Below, piece after piece: positions 33,851-44,666 of a stretch of DNA of 64,000 nucleotides. Every line of letters starts with the position of its first letter. Positions within the stretch are counted from its first letter, which is position 1. Source of the stretch: a virus; the IMG/VR virus record IMGVR_UViG_3300045971_000163, positions 1 to 64,000 of that record, one strand, 5' to 3'. Made by a program: the position numbers and the translations under genes. The notes beneath the pieces were generated by a model that made no database searches, was not told where the DNA came from, and saw only the letters and a list, made by a program, of their open reading frames with translations.

Positions 33851-34716
33851 GATATTTTCTTAGCAACGTTTTTATATACCATTGGTGTAAAATGGCCATC
33901 ATAAGAATGGGTCTTTACTGTTGGGCCATATTCTCCGTCAGCTACCATCATAATACCTGGCCAAAATCCCGTCAACATGTCTGTATACCGTGTGTATGTG
34001 TCGTCGACTTCTATTTGTTCCTCACTCCCAAATGTCACCATCAATGGAGTAAAATTGTTTAATTTAGCTATTCCATATACCCAGGAGATTTCTTTGAAAT
34101 AATAGTGATTGTTTTCTTTCTCACCCCAATGTAACATAATTAAATCATGCAGTATTTTTTCAGAGTTCGACAGTTCTGCGGACCGTTGTCCAGGGTTAGC
34201 CATTGCGTATCCTTGACAAGACAATAGCTCGTGTCTATGATGATATGAGTTCCCAAGTATTACTGTTATTTTTTTATTAGGTGCTAAGTTTTTAACTGTA
34301 AGGCTCCACTCGACTAATACACGGGCTGCACGTTCAACACTTCCACCAGGAATAGACAGGTTCAACACCTGTAACTCTGGTCTAAGAATTTGAAGCTGCC
34401 CGGGCCATGACAATCTTCGTTCTAACTCCCATAGAGTTAAATGTTGTTCTCTAGATTCATTCGAATTTTTGAACTTAAACAACGTCGAGACTCGAGTGTT
34501 AGTATCTAATAGAACATTTTCTCTTGTTGTAAGATCGCCAGGATATCCTACTAAGGTATAATCGGCAGTGCCATGACCATGTGAAAAGCTATCCCCAGCA
34601 CAAATTACCAATGGTGAATCATTGCAAAATAACGTCTTAGACTTATTAACAATTTCGTGTGCTGATCGGTCTCCGTTAGTAAGTTTAGGATCAAAATTTA
34701 ATTCAGCAAATTCCAT
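33838..34716 (-). CDS. SGNH-hydrolase-like protein
   Basis: AGDSFSHG, NLSIPGGS, DGHF. Confidence 0.6.
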   Translation of the reverse strand: MEFAELNFDPKLTNGDRSAHEIVNKSKTLFCNDSPLVICAGDSFSHGHGTADYTLVGYPGDLTTRENVLLDTNTRVSTLFKFKNSNESREQHLTLWELERRLSWPGQLQILRPELQVLNLSIPGGSVERAARVLVEWSLTVKNLAPNKKITVILGNSYHHRHELLSCQGYAMANPGQRSAELSNSEKILHDLIMLHWGEKENNHYYFKEISWVYGIAKLNNFTPLMVTFGSEEQIEVDDTYTRYTDMLTGFWPGIMMVADGEYGPTVKTHSYDGHFTPMVYKNVAKKISCLI

Positions 34717-34725
34717 GTACTCACC

Positions 34726-35967
34726 TTAGACTGGTCGAGTATTACCATAATGCACCAATGTGCAACCCCATGACTCAACCACGTCGTGGTCTAAGTATCG
34801 CCATGGATCAACAATGATACTACCGGCCTCAAATGTGCAATAAAAGTCTTGATGATCAGCTTGCTTCATCGTAGTATTACCGTAAGTAGTAGGTGCATGG
34901 TGCGCCATTAAAATAACACCTTTAACCGAGGAATGAATATCGTCCGTCAATGGGTCAATGTAATCGAGTTCAATGCCTGCTTGCTCAACATAATGTCCAA
35001 CCAGCAAACTATAGCTACCATCAATGTAAGTAACATTTGGTTTGAACGCCTTGCCGTGAATCCATACTGGAAGGTTATGTTGTTTAGCTAATTTAATTAA
35101 TTTGTTAGCCATGTTCTCTGCTTGCACTTCACGAGCTCGCATAACCATTTCAAACATGTCGTAGCCTAGGTCAAGTTTTTCTGCCATCCAGCGTAACGCA
35201 ATGTTGTCACGTGGGTGGCATCCACCTGCGTCACCCAATCCTGCTTTCAGGTATGCTGGGCCAGTAATACGGTGTGTAGAACGTGCTAGTGCGTTTGTAA
35301 CAACGTCAACGTTCATGTTGCCGTTCTTCTCTGCTACGTCTTGGATCATGTTTACAATACCAATCTTAGTGCTGATAAATGTGTTATAGAAGATCTTAAT
35401 GCCTTCAGCTTCGTCCCATGTGCCAACTTCGTAGCGTGGATCGTTAACCATAAATGTCTTGTAAAAGTCTGTCAGTATTTTTGCGTCATGTGTAACGTCG
35501 CCGTCCTCAGTCCCAATGATTACCATTTCAGGGTTAACCATATCCCATGCCACACTGCCCATGGCAATCAGGTATGGGTTGTAAATGAAACGTGCGTTAG
35601 TGATCAACGGGCGAAGTTCGCGGCGTGTGGTGCCTGGTAGCACAGTGGAGATAAGAACGACAAGTTGATTTTGTGTTACGTATTTGTTAACGTCGTCAAG
35701 CACGCTCTTGACAATGTCGTAGTTGAAGTCTTTTGGCTCAAGTTCCATACAGGGAATGTGTCCGCCGTATTCTGTTACATGTGGTGTAGGAACAGCGATG
35801 AAAATTAGCTCACGACCCATTACTGCGTCTTGTATCGTAGACATAACGGTGATCTTGTTGCTTTCGACCGTGTTAACATCGTAGCCCGCAACATCGTAAC
35901 CTGCGTCTGCCATAACTTCAGCAGCGACCAAACCCAACTTGCCAATACCAATAAACCCTACTTTCAT
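34726..35967 (-). CDS. UDP-glucose/GDP-mannose 6-dehydrogenase family
   Basis: GIGKLG, IAVPTP, STVLPGT, YNP, GGCHPRD, AFKP. Confidence 0.9.
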   Translation of the reverse strand: MKVGFIGIGKLGLVAAEVMADAGYDVAGYDVNTVESNKITVMSTIQDAVMGRELIFIAVPTPHVTEYGGHIPCMELEPKDFNYDIVKSVLDDVNKYVTQNQLVVLISTVLPGTTRRELRPLITNARFIYNPYLIAMGSVAWDMVNPEMVIIGTEDGDVTHDAKILTDFYKTFMVNDPRYEVGTWDEAEGIKIFYNTFISTKIGIVNMIQDVAEKNGNMNVDVVTNALARSTHRITGPAYLKAGLGDAGGCHPRDNIALRWMAEKLDLGYDMFEMVMRAREVQAENMANKLIKLAKQHNLPVWIHGKAFKPNVTYIDGSYSLLVGHYVEQAGIELDYIDPLTDDIHSSVKGVILMAHHAPTTYGNTTMKQADHQDFYCTFEAGSIIVDPWRYLDHDVVESWGCTLVHYGNTRPV

Positions 35968-36058
35968 GTGCTCTCCTAAATAAGTATGTATATTATTTAT
36001 TCTGTATCTGCTGTCAAGATTTATTTAACAGTGTTGTAAAAAAGCAACAAACCATTTG

Positions 36059-36087
36059 TTGACTTTTGATTAAATTCATGTTAAACT
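36059..36087 (+). promoter_or_regulatory. sigma70-type promoter with upstream GTTG-N8-CAAC (36033-36048)
   Basis: TTGACT, 17 bp, TAAACT with extended -10 TG. Confidence 0.7.
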
Positions 36088-36119
36088 ACCGGCATTGTAA
36101 CAAGAAAGGGTGATTTACC

Positions 36120-37781
36120 ATGAAGGTGCGTTTACTGTTAACTGGCGTTTCAATTGCTGTTTTAACAGCATGTGGCGGGGGTGGTGGAGGCAGTGCGCCG
36201 AGTGCTGCTGCTATTGCCACAGTGGGCACAAATTCTTCGCCGGTGGTGACCGCACCAGTAGTTGCCCCTGCTGTAGTAATCAACCACACCTACACCTATG
36301 CGGCGACACCACCAATTCCGCAGCCAACGCTAAATGGCCACTCCTTATCTGCTGGCGACTACAAGTCTACGCACAATTTAGGAACGTGGGAAGTTGCTGA
36401 TTTGCGTGGCATTGGGCGCGAAGACGTTATTTACGTGCCAACATTTGCACCTCAATATATGCCAAAGCAACCGCTGGAAATTTGGTTGAACAATGGTGAC
36501 GGTACTTGGGACGTTGACGGTGCTAACAAACTAATCGTAGGTGGAGCCCCGAGAATGGGCGCATCCTTAGTAAGGACAAGCGACTTAAATGGTGATGGCA
36601 GACCTGACATTTTAATTGCAGAAGGCATTGAGTTAGGTTCTTGTGGTTCTTCAGCAGACACTAATCATGAACTCTGCTACGGCGGAAATATAGTGTATTT
36701 GGAAAGCCAACCAGACGGCAAATATATTAACGCAAGCTCGAAATTTGCGACAGTAAACATTCCCAATGGGAATGTAGTTATTAGCTCATTGAATGGTGAC
36801 GGTATTAATGACATACTTGTAAATCAAGATGGTTCACTGCGTTTGTTTAAGAACGACGGGCATGCAAACTTCACAGAGCAAACAGACAAGTTACCGTTAG
36901 AAATTCGCTATATTGCAGATCCACTAAAAACTGGCACACGGTGGGCAGCAACAAATGGAGTGGCACAAGGCGTTGGCACTTCAAATTTGATCAAACTACG
37001 TGCAAACAGCAAACCCGTAATTGTTACAGGCAGTTATGGTTGGGACTGGGGCACTGACGAACCTGGTGCGATACGGTTTACAACTGGCACTGACAGCATT
37101 AGGTTTTTCGAGCAAGATGCAAACGGAAATTATGTTCGTACCGCAATGATTGTAGAAGAAAAAACACGAGGCAATGCTTGTGGTATCAATTCGATCGTGC
37201 CAATGCAGGTAAGCAATGTTGCTGGGCGAGAAGAGGTATTTATAAACTGGGAACCAACGACTGCTAATACTCCCAGCACTGCAATTCTTTGCTCTCCTAA
37301 AATCTACACCAGCACAGGTAACGCAGACACTGCGGTGTTAAATGTCACTGAAATGATCAACATGATCAATCCAGCGGATGTGACGATCAACTTAGGTGGA
37401 AATGAGCTAACATTTCCGACCCCTAGTCGAGCAATAGACGTTAACAACGACGGATGGGCCGACATTGAACTGCGTCAGGTCGCCACTATTGATAATATCG
37501 CAAATGGCTACGCTACACGGTTATATAACAATGGTGGAACCAGTTTTGGGATTAAACCGTTAGTCATTGGTGGCGTAACGCAAACAGGAGCAACACTTGC
37601 CGCATTGACTGGCACCGATACTACCAGCAGAGTAATGGCAATGCGTATTAAATACGGGCCTAACAAATATGGTTTTGTGTTGCTTGAAGGTTCAAATTTT
37701 GAGGACTCTAAGATTGATGCAAATACTGGGGTTCGTGTTTGGAACACTATGCGGCTGCACAGTATTTTGAAGGTTGACTAA
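36120..37781 (+). CDS. lipoprotein with FG-GAP/VCBS-like repeats
   Basis: Lipobox LTAC-GGGGGG; DLNGDGRPDI, LNGDGINDI, DVNNDGWADI. Confidence 0.8.
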   Translation: MKVRLLLTGVSIAVLTACGGGGGGSAPSAAAIATVGTNSSPVVTAPVVAPAVVINHTYTYAATPPIPQPTLNGHSLSAGDYKSTHNLGTWEVADLRGIGREDVIYVPTFAPQYMPKQPLEIWLNNGDGTWDVDGANKLIVGGAPRMGASLVRTSDLNGDGRPDILIAEGIELGSCGSSADTNHELCYGGNIVYLESQPDGKYINASSKFATVNIPNGNVVISSLNGDGINDILVNQDGSLRLFKNDGHANFTEQTDKLPLEIRYIADPLKTGTRWAATNGVAQGVGTSNLIKLRANSKPVIVTGSYGWDWGTDEPGAIRFTTGTDSIRFFEQDANGNYVRTAMIVEEKTRGNACGINSIVPMQVSNVAGREEVFINWEPTTANTPSTAILCSPKIYTSTGNADTAVLNVTEMINMINPADVTINLGGNELTFPTPSRAIDVNNDGWADIELRQVATIDNIANGYATRLYNNGGTSFGIKPLVIGGVTQTGATLAALTGTDTTSRVMAMRIKYGPNKYGFVLLEGSNFEDSKIDANTGVRVWNTMRLHSILKVD

Positions 37782-37798
37782 CTCAGTGATTAAACTTG

Positions 37799-37824
37799 AA
37801 AAGCGGGGCTGTTGCTCCGCTTTT
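37799..37824. terminator. bidirectional rho-independent terminator
   Basis: AAAAGCGGGGC-TGTT-GCTCCGCTTTT between convergent genes. Confidence 0.8.
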
Positions 37825-37834
37825 CCTTGCCTAA

Positions 37835-39055
37835 TTATTCAAGTGTTACGTTTAATTTTGATAGCACAGATTCAAACTCATCAATGATGAAGTTTACACA
37901 TTTTCCTTTTCTTTGAATTAGCATATCTCTATTTTTTATTAACCGTGGCATTAACTCATCTCGTAATGATGTGCATGCTTCGATAGTGTACTTGGCATTG
38001 ATGCGTAAAATTTCAGCAAACACTGCTGTAAGCCTATCTTTTCCAGAAACAATTGAGTCATACGAATGGTCTATAATATCATCAAACACATCAAATCCTG
38101 AATCACGCAAATATGCAATAATACCAGCACCGCCATTAATAATAGATAAATGATAGAAATAAAATGTCTTGTACACTTTGTCAGTCGGAAATACATACGG
38201 AATACCTTCAAATTGACTGTTATAATCCATTTGGATAGTTTCGTTGACTATTGAGAAAAGACTATATCTAAAAAATGGTTCTATTGATGAGCCAATGACA
38301 GGATTTGTATCATTGACTGATACTGACTCGTCTACATAGTCAAGATACACTGGTGAGCCAACTCTAGCAAAGTCATCCTCTGTAATGCTTCCGTTGGTGC
38401 ATTGTCTAGTTTCAGCAATAAGATCAGGAGTTAACTTCATTATATATGAATAATAACTTTCATTAGAAATGCCAGTCTTACACAAAAATGATACCATTGC
38501 TGCTCTGTGTGGTTTTGACACTCTGTTTAAACACAAAAATTTTTTCTTAAGGTCTTCAGTTGAGGGATGTGGGAAATTAATTTCAGTAGTGTATACTTCG
38601 CATTGCGGATATCGTAAAATATTTATTTTCCCGCGCCCGCCAAAATACCCTTTACTAAACATTGCGTCATATACAGCCGTCGCATTTACTGCTCCAGTAA
38701 CATAAAATATGGATTGCGTGGGGAAAAGTCTTTTATCTGCCCATTTATGTATATCTTGTAAAATATAAAAATATGCTTCCTTTTGTAAACTTATAAGTAC
38801 GCCAGCAGTACCATTCTGAATCCGTTGTTCTACATCAATAGGTATAAATTGTCTGTCTAAATAATCCATAAATATATCACTAGTATAATCATAGTTAAGT
38901 TCATAAAGTATAAATTTAAATGAGTTAGTCAATAATTTATACTTGTAATCAATTACTGGTATTTCATAATTGTGCAGAAGTAATAATTCGTCAGATATTG
39001 ATTTGTAGGCAGCACCTGGCGAACTATTTTGTATTATTGCAATACGATTATTCAT
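37835..39055 (-). CDS. hypothetical, putative glycosyltransferase-like protein
   Basis: KKFLCLNRVSKPHR...SIVNET...TDKVYK...GFDVFDDIIDHSYD. Confidence 0.55.
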   Translation of the reverse strand: MNNRIAIIQNSSPGAAYKSISDELLLLHNYEIPVIDYKYKLLTNSFKFILYELNYDYTSDIFMDYLDRQFIPIDVEQRIQNGTAGVLISLQKEAYFYILQDIHKWADKRLFPTQSIFYVTGAVNATAVYDAMFSKGYFGGRGKINILRYPQCEVYTTEINFPHPSTEDLKKKFLCLNRVSKPHRAAMVSFLCKTGISNESYYSYIMKLTPDLIAETRQCTNGSITEDDFARVGSPVYLDYVDESVSVNDTNPVIGSSIEPFFRYSLFSIVNETIQMDYNSQFEGIPYVFPTDKVYKTFYFYHLSIINGGAGIIAYLRDSGFDVFDDIIDHSYDSIVSGKDRLTAVFAEILRINAKYTIEACTSLRDELMPRLIKNRDMLIQRKGKCVNFIIDEFESVLSKLNVTLE

Positions 39056-40391
39056 TGTGATATACCTGATTTATTAAATCAACTATTTTACTATCGAGTG
39101 CTGTGTTTTGTATAAGTAATGTATAGTTATGCTCTAATATATCACGGCATAATGCTGCCTGATCCATAAACAGTTGATAATTATATGCATATCTCTTTAT
39201 ATTATCTACTATAATACGATGTCGATCAAACATGTTATCGAACAGGTCGTATGATTCGTCAAATAAAGTGGGGAACGTTTTAAACCCCATATCACGCAGC
39301 ATTTGCAAATTTCCTTTATCGCCAACGAGCATAAATGGACGTTTATAAAATATGGATTTGAATGTTTTTTCACTTATTACCGGAGACGAGCCGGGAAAAT
39401 TAGTAAACCCACCTGTCTCAGAAATCAAATCAAAACAAGTGTCATATATCCATTTATCATTGTATAAAAAGTTTTGATCTTCGTTGCTGAATAAAATGTC
39501 ATCGTCAATACGCTTTGGAGGCAAAATTGTTGTTGCTACTTCATGAAAAACTGCGTAATCTTCGTCATTGGCTGGTAGCTGCTTTCCTTCAAGCATGTCA
39601 AATCCATAAATAGCACATCTAGTGTCACGTTGATTTTCAGTGAAATTCACTATGCCTGATATATCTGTCATAAAACTAACCCTAGCATGTTTAACTAAAT
39701 CGGCAATTATTAGACGACGTAGGAAAAAGATACGATGCCTCCTCGGTTGCATATTTAAATGTAGGAACAAATATTGTTTTTGTTGTGCAAAATATTGGCC
39801 TAGATCAACTCGATGACTAGTTTGTTTCAAATATGAGCGGCGATCGTGTATTGCTCGCAACGGTAAATTAACTGATACCACTAACGGTGGGCATCCATCA
39901 TGACTCTTATTTGCAGAGGACACTAATATACGTCCAGAATAATTTGGATTAAAACAAGTTAACATGTCTGAAACCATAGCTAACGCTTGCGTCCCAAATC
40001 TAGGAAATTCGTAAACCTCTAACGAATAATCATATAATATAGAAATATTATTGTTAACGATTTTTGAAAATTGACTTTCTGTCAAATGATATAGATAACT
40101 ATTTAACCCTACATCTAATTCAGACTTACATGGAATTAGATATATATAAATTTTATCACTTGCAATTATTGCGTCATCCAATAATTCATATGAAATATTG
40201 GTAGATTGGATAATAGGTGATCTATGAATATTTTCACCTGGCATATATTTGCCCAAAAATGCATTCATCCATTCACGTGACTGGTTCATCCTTGTCGGAA
40301 ATATATCAGTCATTGTTTCATATGCAGTTTTTATGTAAATTTCACCGTCTAATGCTTTAATTGAGTCTACTAAAAATACTATTGGTTTCAT
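39048..40391 (-). CDS. hypothetical, putative glycosyltransferase-like protein (paralog of the previous gene)
   Basis: FLHLNMQPRRHR...LISET...SEKTFKSI...GFKTF..LFDESYD. Confidence 0.55.
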   Translation of the reverse strand: MKPIVFLVDSIKALDGEIYIKTAYETMTDIFPTRMNQSREWMNAFLGKYMPGENIHRSPIIQSTNISYELLDDAIIASDKIYIYLIPCKSELDVGLNSYLYHLTESQFSKIVNNNISILYDYSLEVYEFPRFGTQALAMVSDMLTCFNPNYSGRILVSSANKSHDGCPPLVVSVNLPLRAIHDRRSYLKQTSHRVDLGQYFAQQKQYLFLHLNMQPRRHRIFFLRRLIIADLVKHARVSFMTDISGIVNFTENQRDTRCAIYGFDMLEGKQLPANDEDYAVFHEVATTILPPKRIDDDILFSNEDQNFLYNDKWIYDTCFDLISETGGFTNFPGSSPVISEKTFKSIFYKRPFMLVGDKGNLQMLRDMGFKTFPTLFDESYDLFDNMFDRHRIIVDNIKRYAYNYQLFMDQAALCRDILEHNYTLLIQNTALDSKIVDLINQVYHNE

Positions 40392-42298
40392 TTTATTCCT
40401 ACTGTTGTTTTTCCAAAATTTCTGCGCCTGCTAAAGTATATAAGCTCTAAAAACTTAGCGAAAGTCATGTCTTTTGCCTCAGTGAAGTCAAAAGTGTAAT
40501 GCTTACGTGGCACTAATGACTCTCCTTGTAAGTATCCTAACACATCGTACTCTACTTTCGCAACCACTGGGTATTCAGAAAGCTTCTTGTGCTGTACAAT
40601 GTAGTTACGGTGCAATACGCATACAGACTGATATAGTCCAGGCGTTAGTCGGAACTGCTTTAAGTATTCATCAATGAGATCAAACATGTGGTCATATTTG
40701 TCCTCCGTGTGAATATTAATGGTAGTACGGTGTATTAAATTCCACCCGTGGATCGGAATATTACCTACTGACGGGTGATTGATTCTCCCATCAATCATCC
40801 AGCGTGAATAGTATTGCCTCGTATCGTCATGCTCTTGCTTAAACCATGGATCACGCATAAGAAATTCATAAAGCCCAGTGTAAAAATCTTCGTACGATAC
40901 ATCCAAAAACTTACGCATAAACCTTGACGCAAAGGTAGTCAGACCGTTAATATGCAATGTGTTAACAAACCAGCTAAAGCATTGCGCATCTAACATGTCG
41001 TCCAATGGCATTACCCGTGTTGAGACCACAACGTCTACTCCTTCTGCTAACACATCGTCGTTATAACTGCCGCTCATATAATCGTATACTGTGGTGGACT
41101 TAATCTTGTGTAATATACGTTGCCCTGTATTCATTTCAGCATTCTCAAGTAACTGTGCTTGGAATATTTCAATTCCAGTGTGGTTGCCTGCTTCAAATAG
41201 TTGCCATAAGTTATTTTTCCACGACGCTAATGTCTCTGCCGGTAGTCCCAAAATTAGCTCAGTATTAACAGGCACACCTTGCTTTTCAGCCATTGCAAAT
41301 ACCTCACTAATTTGATGCATGCCTAAATTCTTACGCTTAATTGCATCTAAGACATCGCCATTCAAACTCTGCACTGATAATGTCAGCCCGTGATTAAAGG
41401 TAGGCGAGTCAAATAGTTTCTTGACAATGTTAATTACTTCAGCCTTTTGCATCTTCGCCCAGCTTGCATTAAATGTATATGGATAACCGTACTCTGTCTG
41501 CAATGCAATAATCTTGTCTGCTATTAAATTATCACGCTCTACGAACATGCCAAAGTTTGCGTCACAAATGCTCATGTGCCCGCAGTTGTGTGCTGCCATC
41601 CAATCAAGTTCAGTGTATACTCGTTCTAACGCAAATTTCTTAACTTTGTTGTAGGTCAAACTCCCCCAGTCGCAAAACGTACATTGATATGGGCAACCAC
41701 GGTTAGTCTCAAGAGTGGAGTTCCATTCGACGTCTGGATTGTCAGCAATAATTTTATCAAATATACCTGTTGTATACGGGCTTGGTAAGTCATCTAAATT
41801 TTCAATACGTTCTGCATCACCAGTGTTTATCACTGTGCCATTATTGTTGATCAGCAGCCCTGGCACCGTAATAATAGTATTGGTAAGGTATGCCTCAAGT
41901 AAACGTTGAAACGTTATCTCACCCTCACCTTTAACTACGATATCCATAAACGGAAATCGCTCAAATATTGCTAAGTCAGTAATCGGTGGTTCTGGCCCAC
42001 CAAACATTATTACAGTATTTGGTGATGCTGCTTTCAACCGTCGTGCTAATTCATAGTTATAGTTTCTGTTCCAAACATACGTGCTAAATCCAACTATATC
42101 CGAGCCCAGTAAGTTTGCTAGCGCGATATCCAAATCTTCACGTTTCCACTGCAACGTTTTTAACTCAAAATTTTCACTGACAATTACTGATTGCTTGGCA
42201 TAAGCCCACAACACGCCAGCACTATAGGGAAGATAGTGAGCATTTAGCTCTTTTGGCCCTTGTTGGAAATTTGGCTGGACTAGACTTAATGAGTACAT
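40388..42298 (-). CDS. cobalamin-binding radical SAM protein
   Basis: N-terminal B12-binding region (GFSTYVWN, FGGP, GEGE); ETNRGCPYQCTFCDWG; ILGLP.ET. Confidence 0.9.
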   Translation of the reverse strand: MYSLSLVQPNFQQGPKELNAHYLPYSAGVLWAYAKQSVIVSENFELKTLQWKREDLDIALANLLGSDIVGFSTYVWNRNYNYELARRLKAASPNTVIMFGGPEPPITDLAIFERFPFMDIVVKGEGEITFQRLLEAYLTNTIITVPGLLINNNGTVINTGDAERIENLDDLPSPYTTGIFDKIIADNPDVEWNSTLETNRGCPYQCTFCDWGSLTYNKVKKFALERVYTELDWMAAHNCGHMSICDANFGMFVERDNLIADKIIALQTEYGYPYTFNASWAKMQKAEVINIVKKLFDSPTFNHGLTLSVQSLNGDVLDAIKRKNLGMHQISEVFAMAEKQGVPVNTELILGLPAETLASWKNNLWQLFEAGNHTGIEIFQAQLLENAEMNTGQRILHKIKSTTVYDYMSGSYNDDVLAEGVDVVVSTRVMPLDDMLDAQCFSWFVNTLHINGLTTFASRFMRKFLDVSYEDFYTGLYEFLMRDPWFKQEHDDTRQYYSRWMIDGRINHPSVGNIPIHGWNLIHRTTINIHTEDKYDHMFDLIDEYLKQFRLTPGLYQSVCVLHRNYIVQHKKLSEYPVVAKVEYDVLGYLQGESLVPRKHYTFDFTEAKDMTFAKFLELIYFSRRRNFGKTTVGIK

Positions 42299-42336
42299 GT
42301 GTTAAACGATAAATAATATTTATCGCGCATAAACTA

Positions 42337-42804
42337 ATGACCATTTTAATTGCCCACCGCGGCAACATCAACGGCCCACAGCCAGAAAAGGAAAATACAC
42401 TCAAATATTTATTTGATGCTGTTGAGGCTGGGTATGATGTTGAAGTAGATATATGGCTAGTTGGTAACCAATGGTTTTTAGGTCATGATGAACCGCATAT
42501 TCCAGTGCACGATATTGATCTTCATTATTTAGCACCCCATGCGTGGTTTCATGCTAAAAACTATGCTGCGTTAAGCGAGTTAACTCACATTGAATGTCAT
42601 GTGTTTGCCCATGAGCAAGATCCGTTCGTAGTTACTAACAAAGGTTGGATATGGTCCCATAAAGGCTGTGTTAACCCGCATGGCATAGTGGTAATGCCAT
42701 CGTTAGAAACAGAGCAGCACCTTATACTAAACTGTGCAGGCGTGTGCCACGACTACTTGCTAGACGTTGAGAAAATTCTCGCTAACAATCCGCATAACGT
42801 CTGA
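42337..42804 (+). CDS. PLC-like/GDPD-like phosphodiesterase
   Basis: IAHRGN...EN...DVEVDIW...LGHDEP...HAKN. Confidence 0.75.
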   Translation: MTILIAHRGNINGPQPEKENTLKYLFDAVEAGYDVEVDIWLVGNQWFLGHDEPHIPVHDIDLHYLAPHAWFHAKNYAALSELTHIECHVFAHEQDPFVVTNKGWIWSHKGCVNPHGIVVMPSLETEQHLILNCAGVCHDYLLDVEKILANNPHNV

Positions 42805-43767
42805 CGTTGCAGAAATCCGTATCAGTAACTTTCTGCTTACTGGCGGTAGTAATACATCGCGCTTAAACGTTAGCCCAGCTTCTGTAAATTTTGCAAAGTA
42901 ATCATCCTGCGGTACATGCACCCAGTTGCCGCCAATGTTCCACGGATAATGCCGTGCTATCTCTTTGCGGTATGCTATTGTGTTACCAACATAGTTGTCA
43001 TGAAGTTCAGCGTTTTGTAATACCCATTGCGTAAATTTCACACTCGCGCCAGTAATGGGGAACATAGGCCGCATCTTAGCCATGACTTGAATAATCTCTT
43101 TCTTCGCTATAGCGTAGCCAACTCTTGCTCCGGCACCACCAAACGATTTGCTCAGACTATAGGCAAAAATATAGTTCTTGTCTAACTTGTCGTGTACGTT
43201 AAGAGGTGTACAACCAAAGTCTGAGTATACTGAGTCAACCACTATAGGTACTTCGTAACGTTCCAAAGTTGCAAACAAATCAAGTGACGGTGAGTCACCA
43301 ACTGGTGAGTTTGGATTTGTCATCACTACAAGGCTAGGCTTTGTACAGGGAAAGTTAGTGTCGTGTGTTAGTGTAAGCCCGTCGTATTTCAACAGCACCG
43401 GCTCGCATGCGTTTTGTGCTGTGTATACATCGTACATTGGAAAGTGATACTCAGGCATGATTACTTGTGTATTGTGTTTAGTAAAGCACTGAAACGCACA
43501 AAAAATCACGCCGTCTGCTCCTGAAAACAGCATAATATTTTCAGGCTTTACATTGTGTCTATCCGCTAATGTTTGCTTTAGCACGGAGTCATTGGGATAA
43601 TTTATGAAATCCTCTTGCGTTAGTGTGCACATAAACTTATGCCAGTCTAAAGCGTCAAACGGAACAGTTCGCTCACATGCATGTAACCGTTTACCGATGG
43701 TAGCATTACCAATCGTGTTTACCGTATTCATACGGACTACCTTGTCTAAATGCTTATTGTACTTCAT
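42760..43767 (-). CDS. PLP-dependent class I/II aminotransferase (HisC-like)
   Basis: NPNSPVG, VVDSVY, SLSKSFGGAGARVGY. Confidence 0.85.
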   Translation of the reverse strand: MKYNKHLDKVVRMNTVNTIGNATIGKRLHACERTVPFDALDWHKFMCTLTQEDFINYPNDSVLKQTLADRHNVKPENIMLFSGADGVIFCAFQCFTKHNTQVIMPEYHFPMYDVYTAQNACEPVLLKYDGLTLTHDTNFPCTKPSLVVMTNPNSPVGDSPSLDLFATLERYEVPIVVDSVYSDFGCTPLNVHDKLDKNYIFAYSLSKSFGGAGARVGYAIAKKEIIQVMAKMRPMFPITGASVKFTQWVLQNAELHDNYVGNTIAYRKEIARHYPWNIGGNWVHVPQDDYFAKFTEAGLTFKRDVLLPPVSRKLLIRISATSDVMRIVSENFLNV

Positions 43768-44666
43768 AATATTTGTGACAAGAATTTTGGCAGCTCTTTA
43801 TAGCTACAATTTTTACAATGCTCAGTGGGGTGGTTTGATGCGCAACCCGACGCAATGGTACGCATAGGAACTGACGAGTGAATAAGTTGTAGCGGCTGTT
43901 GGAACAAGTTACCAAGAGGTTTTGCTGATGTGTTCATGCAGCATACCTTTACATTACCGTCTACTGTGACATACAATCCTTTTTTTACCCAAAAGCAATC
44001 ACTATAGTTCCACGGTGTTTTACCTTTGAAATATTGCTTATATTGTCTCAAGTGATCTAACTGTTCTTCAGTGAACCCATTAAGTAAGCCAGTCACTGAT
44101 TTATCCTCGTCCCAGTTTTGTACAAAATTGATGCGTAACCCGTCTAGAGAATACATGTCAACTATTGCTAGTAATATGTCAATGTCAAACACATTTTGCG
44201 GAGTAACAGTAAAGTTAACAGGAAACACACAATTAACTTCTTGTTTAACTGACGCTAATGTCCGTAAAAATTTGTGTAGTTTATCCCAGCTTGAGCCAAA
44301 CCGTATATCTTCGTAGTTTTCCTTGCCACCGTCAATGCTCAAGTAGCACATATCCAAATACTTTACTGCATCTATAAACCTCGTAGTGAGTGCCACTTGA
44401 CAGTTAGTCGCAGATATTACAAATGCTTTTGGAAATGTTTCACGGAACCGTCGTGTAATCGTGTTAAAATGTGGGTGCATGAATGGCTCGCCCATTCCCA
44501 TCAGTTTTGCTTCAGTGATAGGCTGCTTCTCTATTTGCTTTAGCAGCAGATCAAACTGCTCTACTGTCATGTGCGTAGAGCCGTTGATTACTTCTTTACG
44601 GTTGCAAAACTTACAGTCTACATTGCAGTAAGAAGTCGTTTCAAGATAAGCGTATGATATGTTCAT
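43764..44666 (-). CDS. radical SAM/SPASM protein
   Basis: CNVDCKFC, GMGEP; C-terminal CFW...VCC...CKNC. Confidence 0.9.
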   Translation of the reverse strand: MNISYAYLETTSYCNVDCKFCNRKEVINGSTHMTVEQFDLLLKQIEKQPITEAKLMGMGEPFMHPHFNTITRRFRETFPKAFVISATNCQVALTTRFIDAVKYLDMCYLSIDGGKENYEDIRFGSSWDKLHKFLRTLASVKQEVNCVFPVNFTVTPQNVFDIDILLAIVDMYSLDGLRINFVQNWDEDKSVTGLLNGFTEEQLDHLRQYKQYFKGKTPWNYSDCFWVKKGLYVTVDGNVKVCCMNTSAKPLGNLFQQPLQLIHSSVPMRTIASGCASNHPTEHCKNCSYKELPKFLSQIL

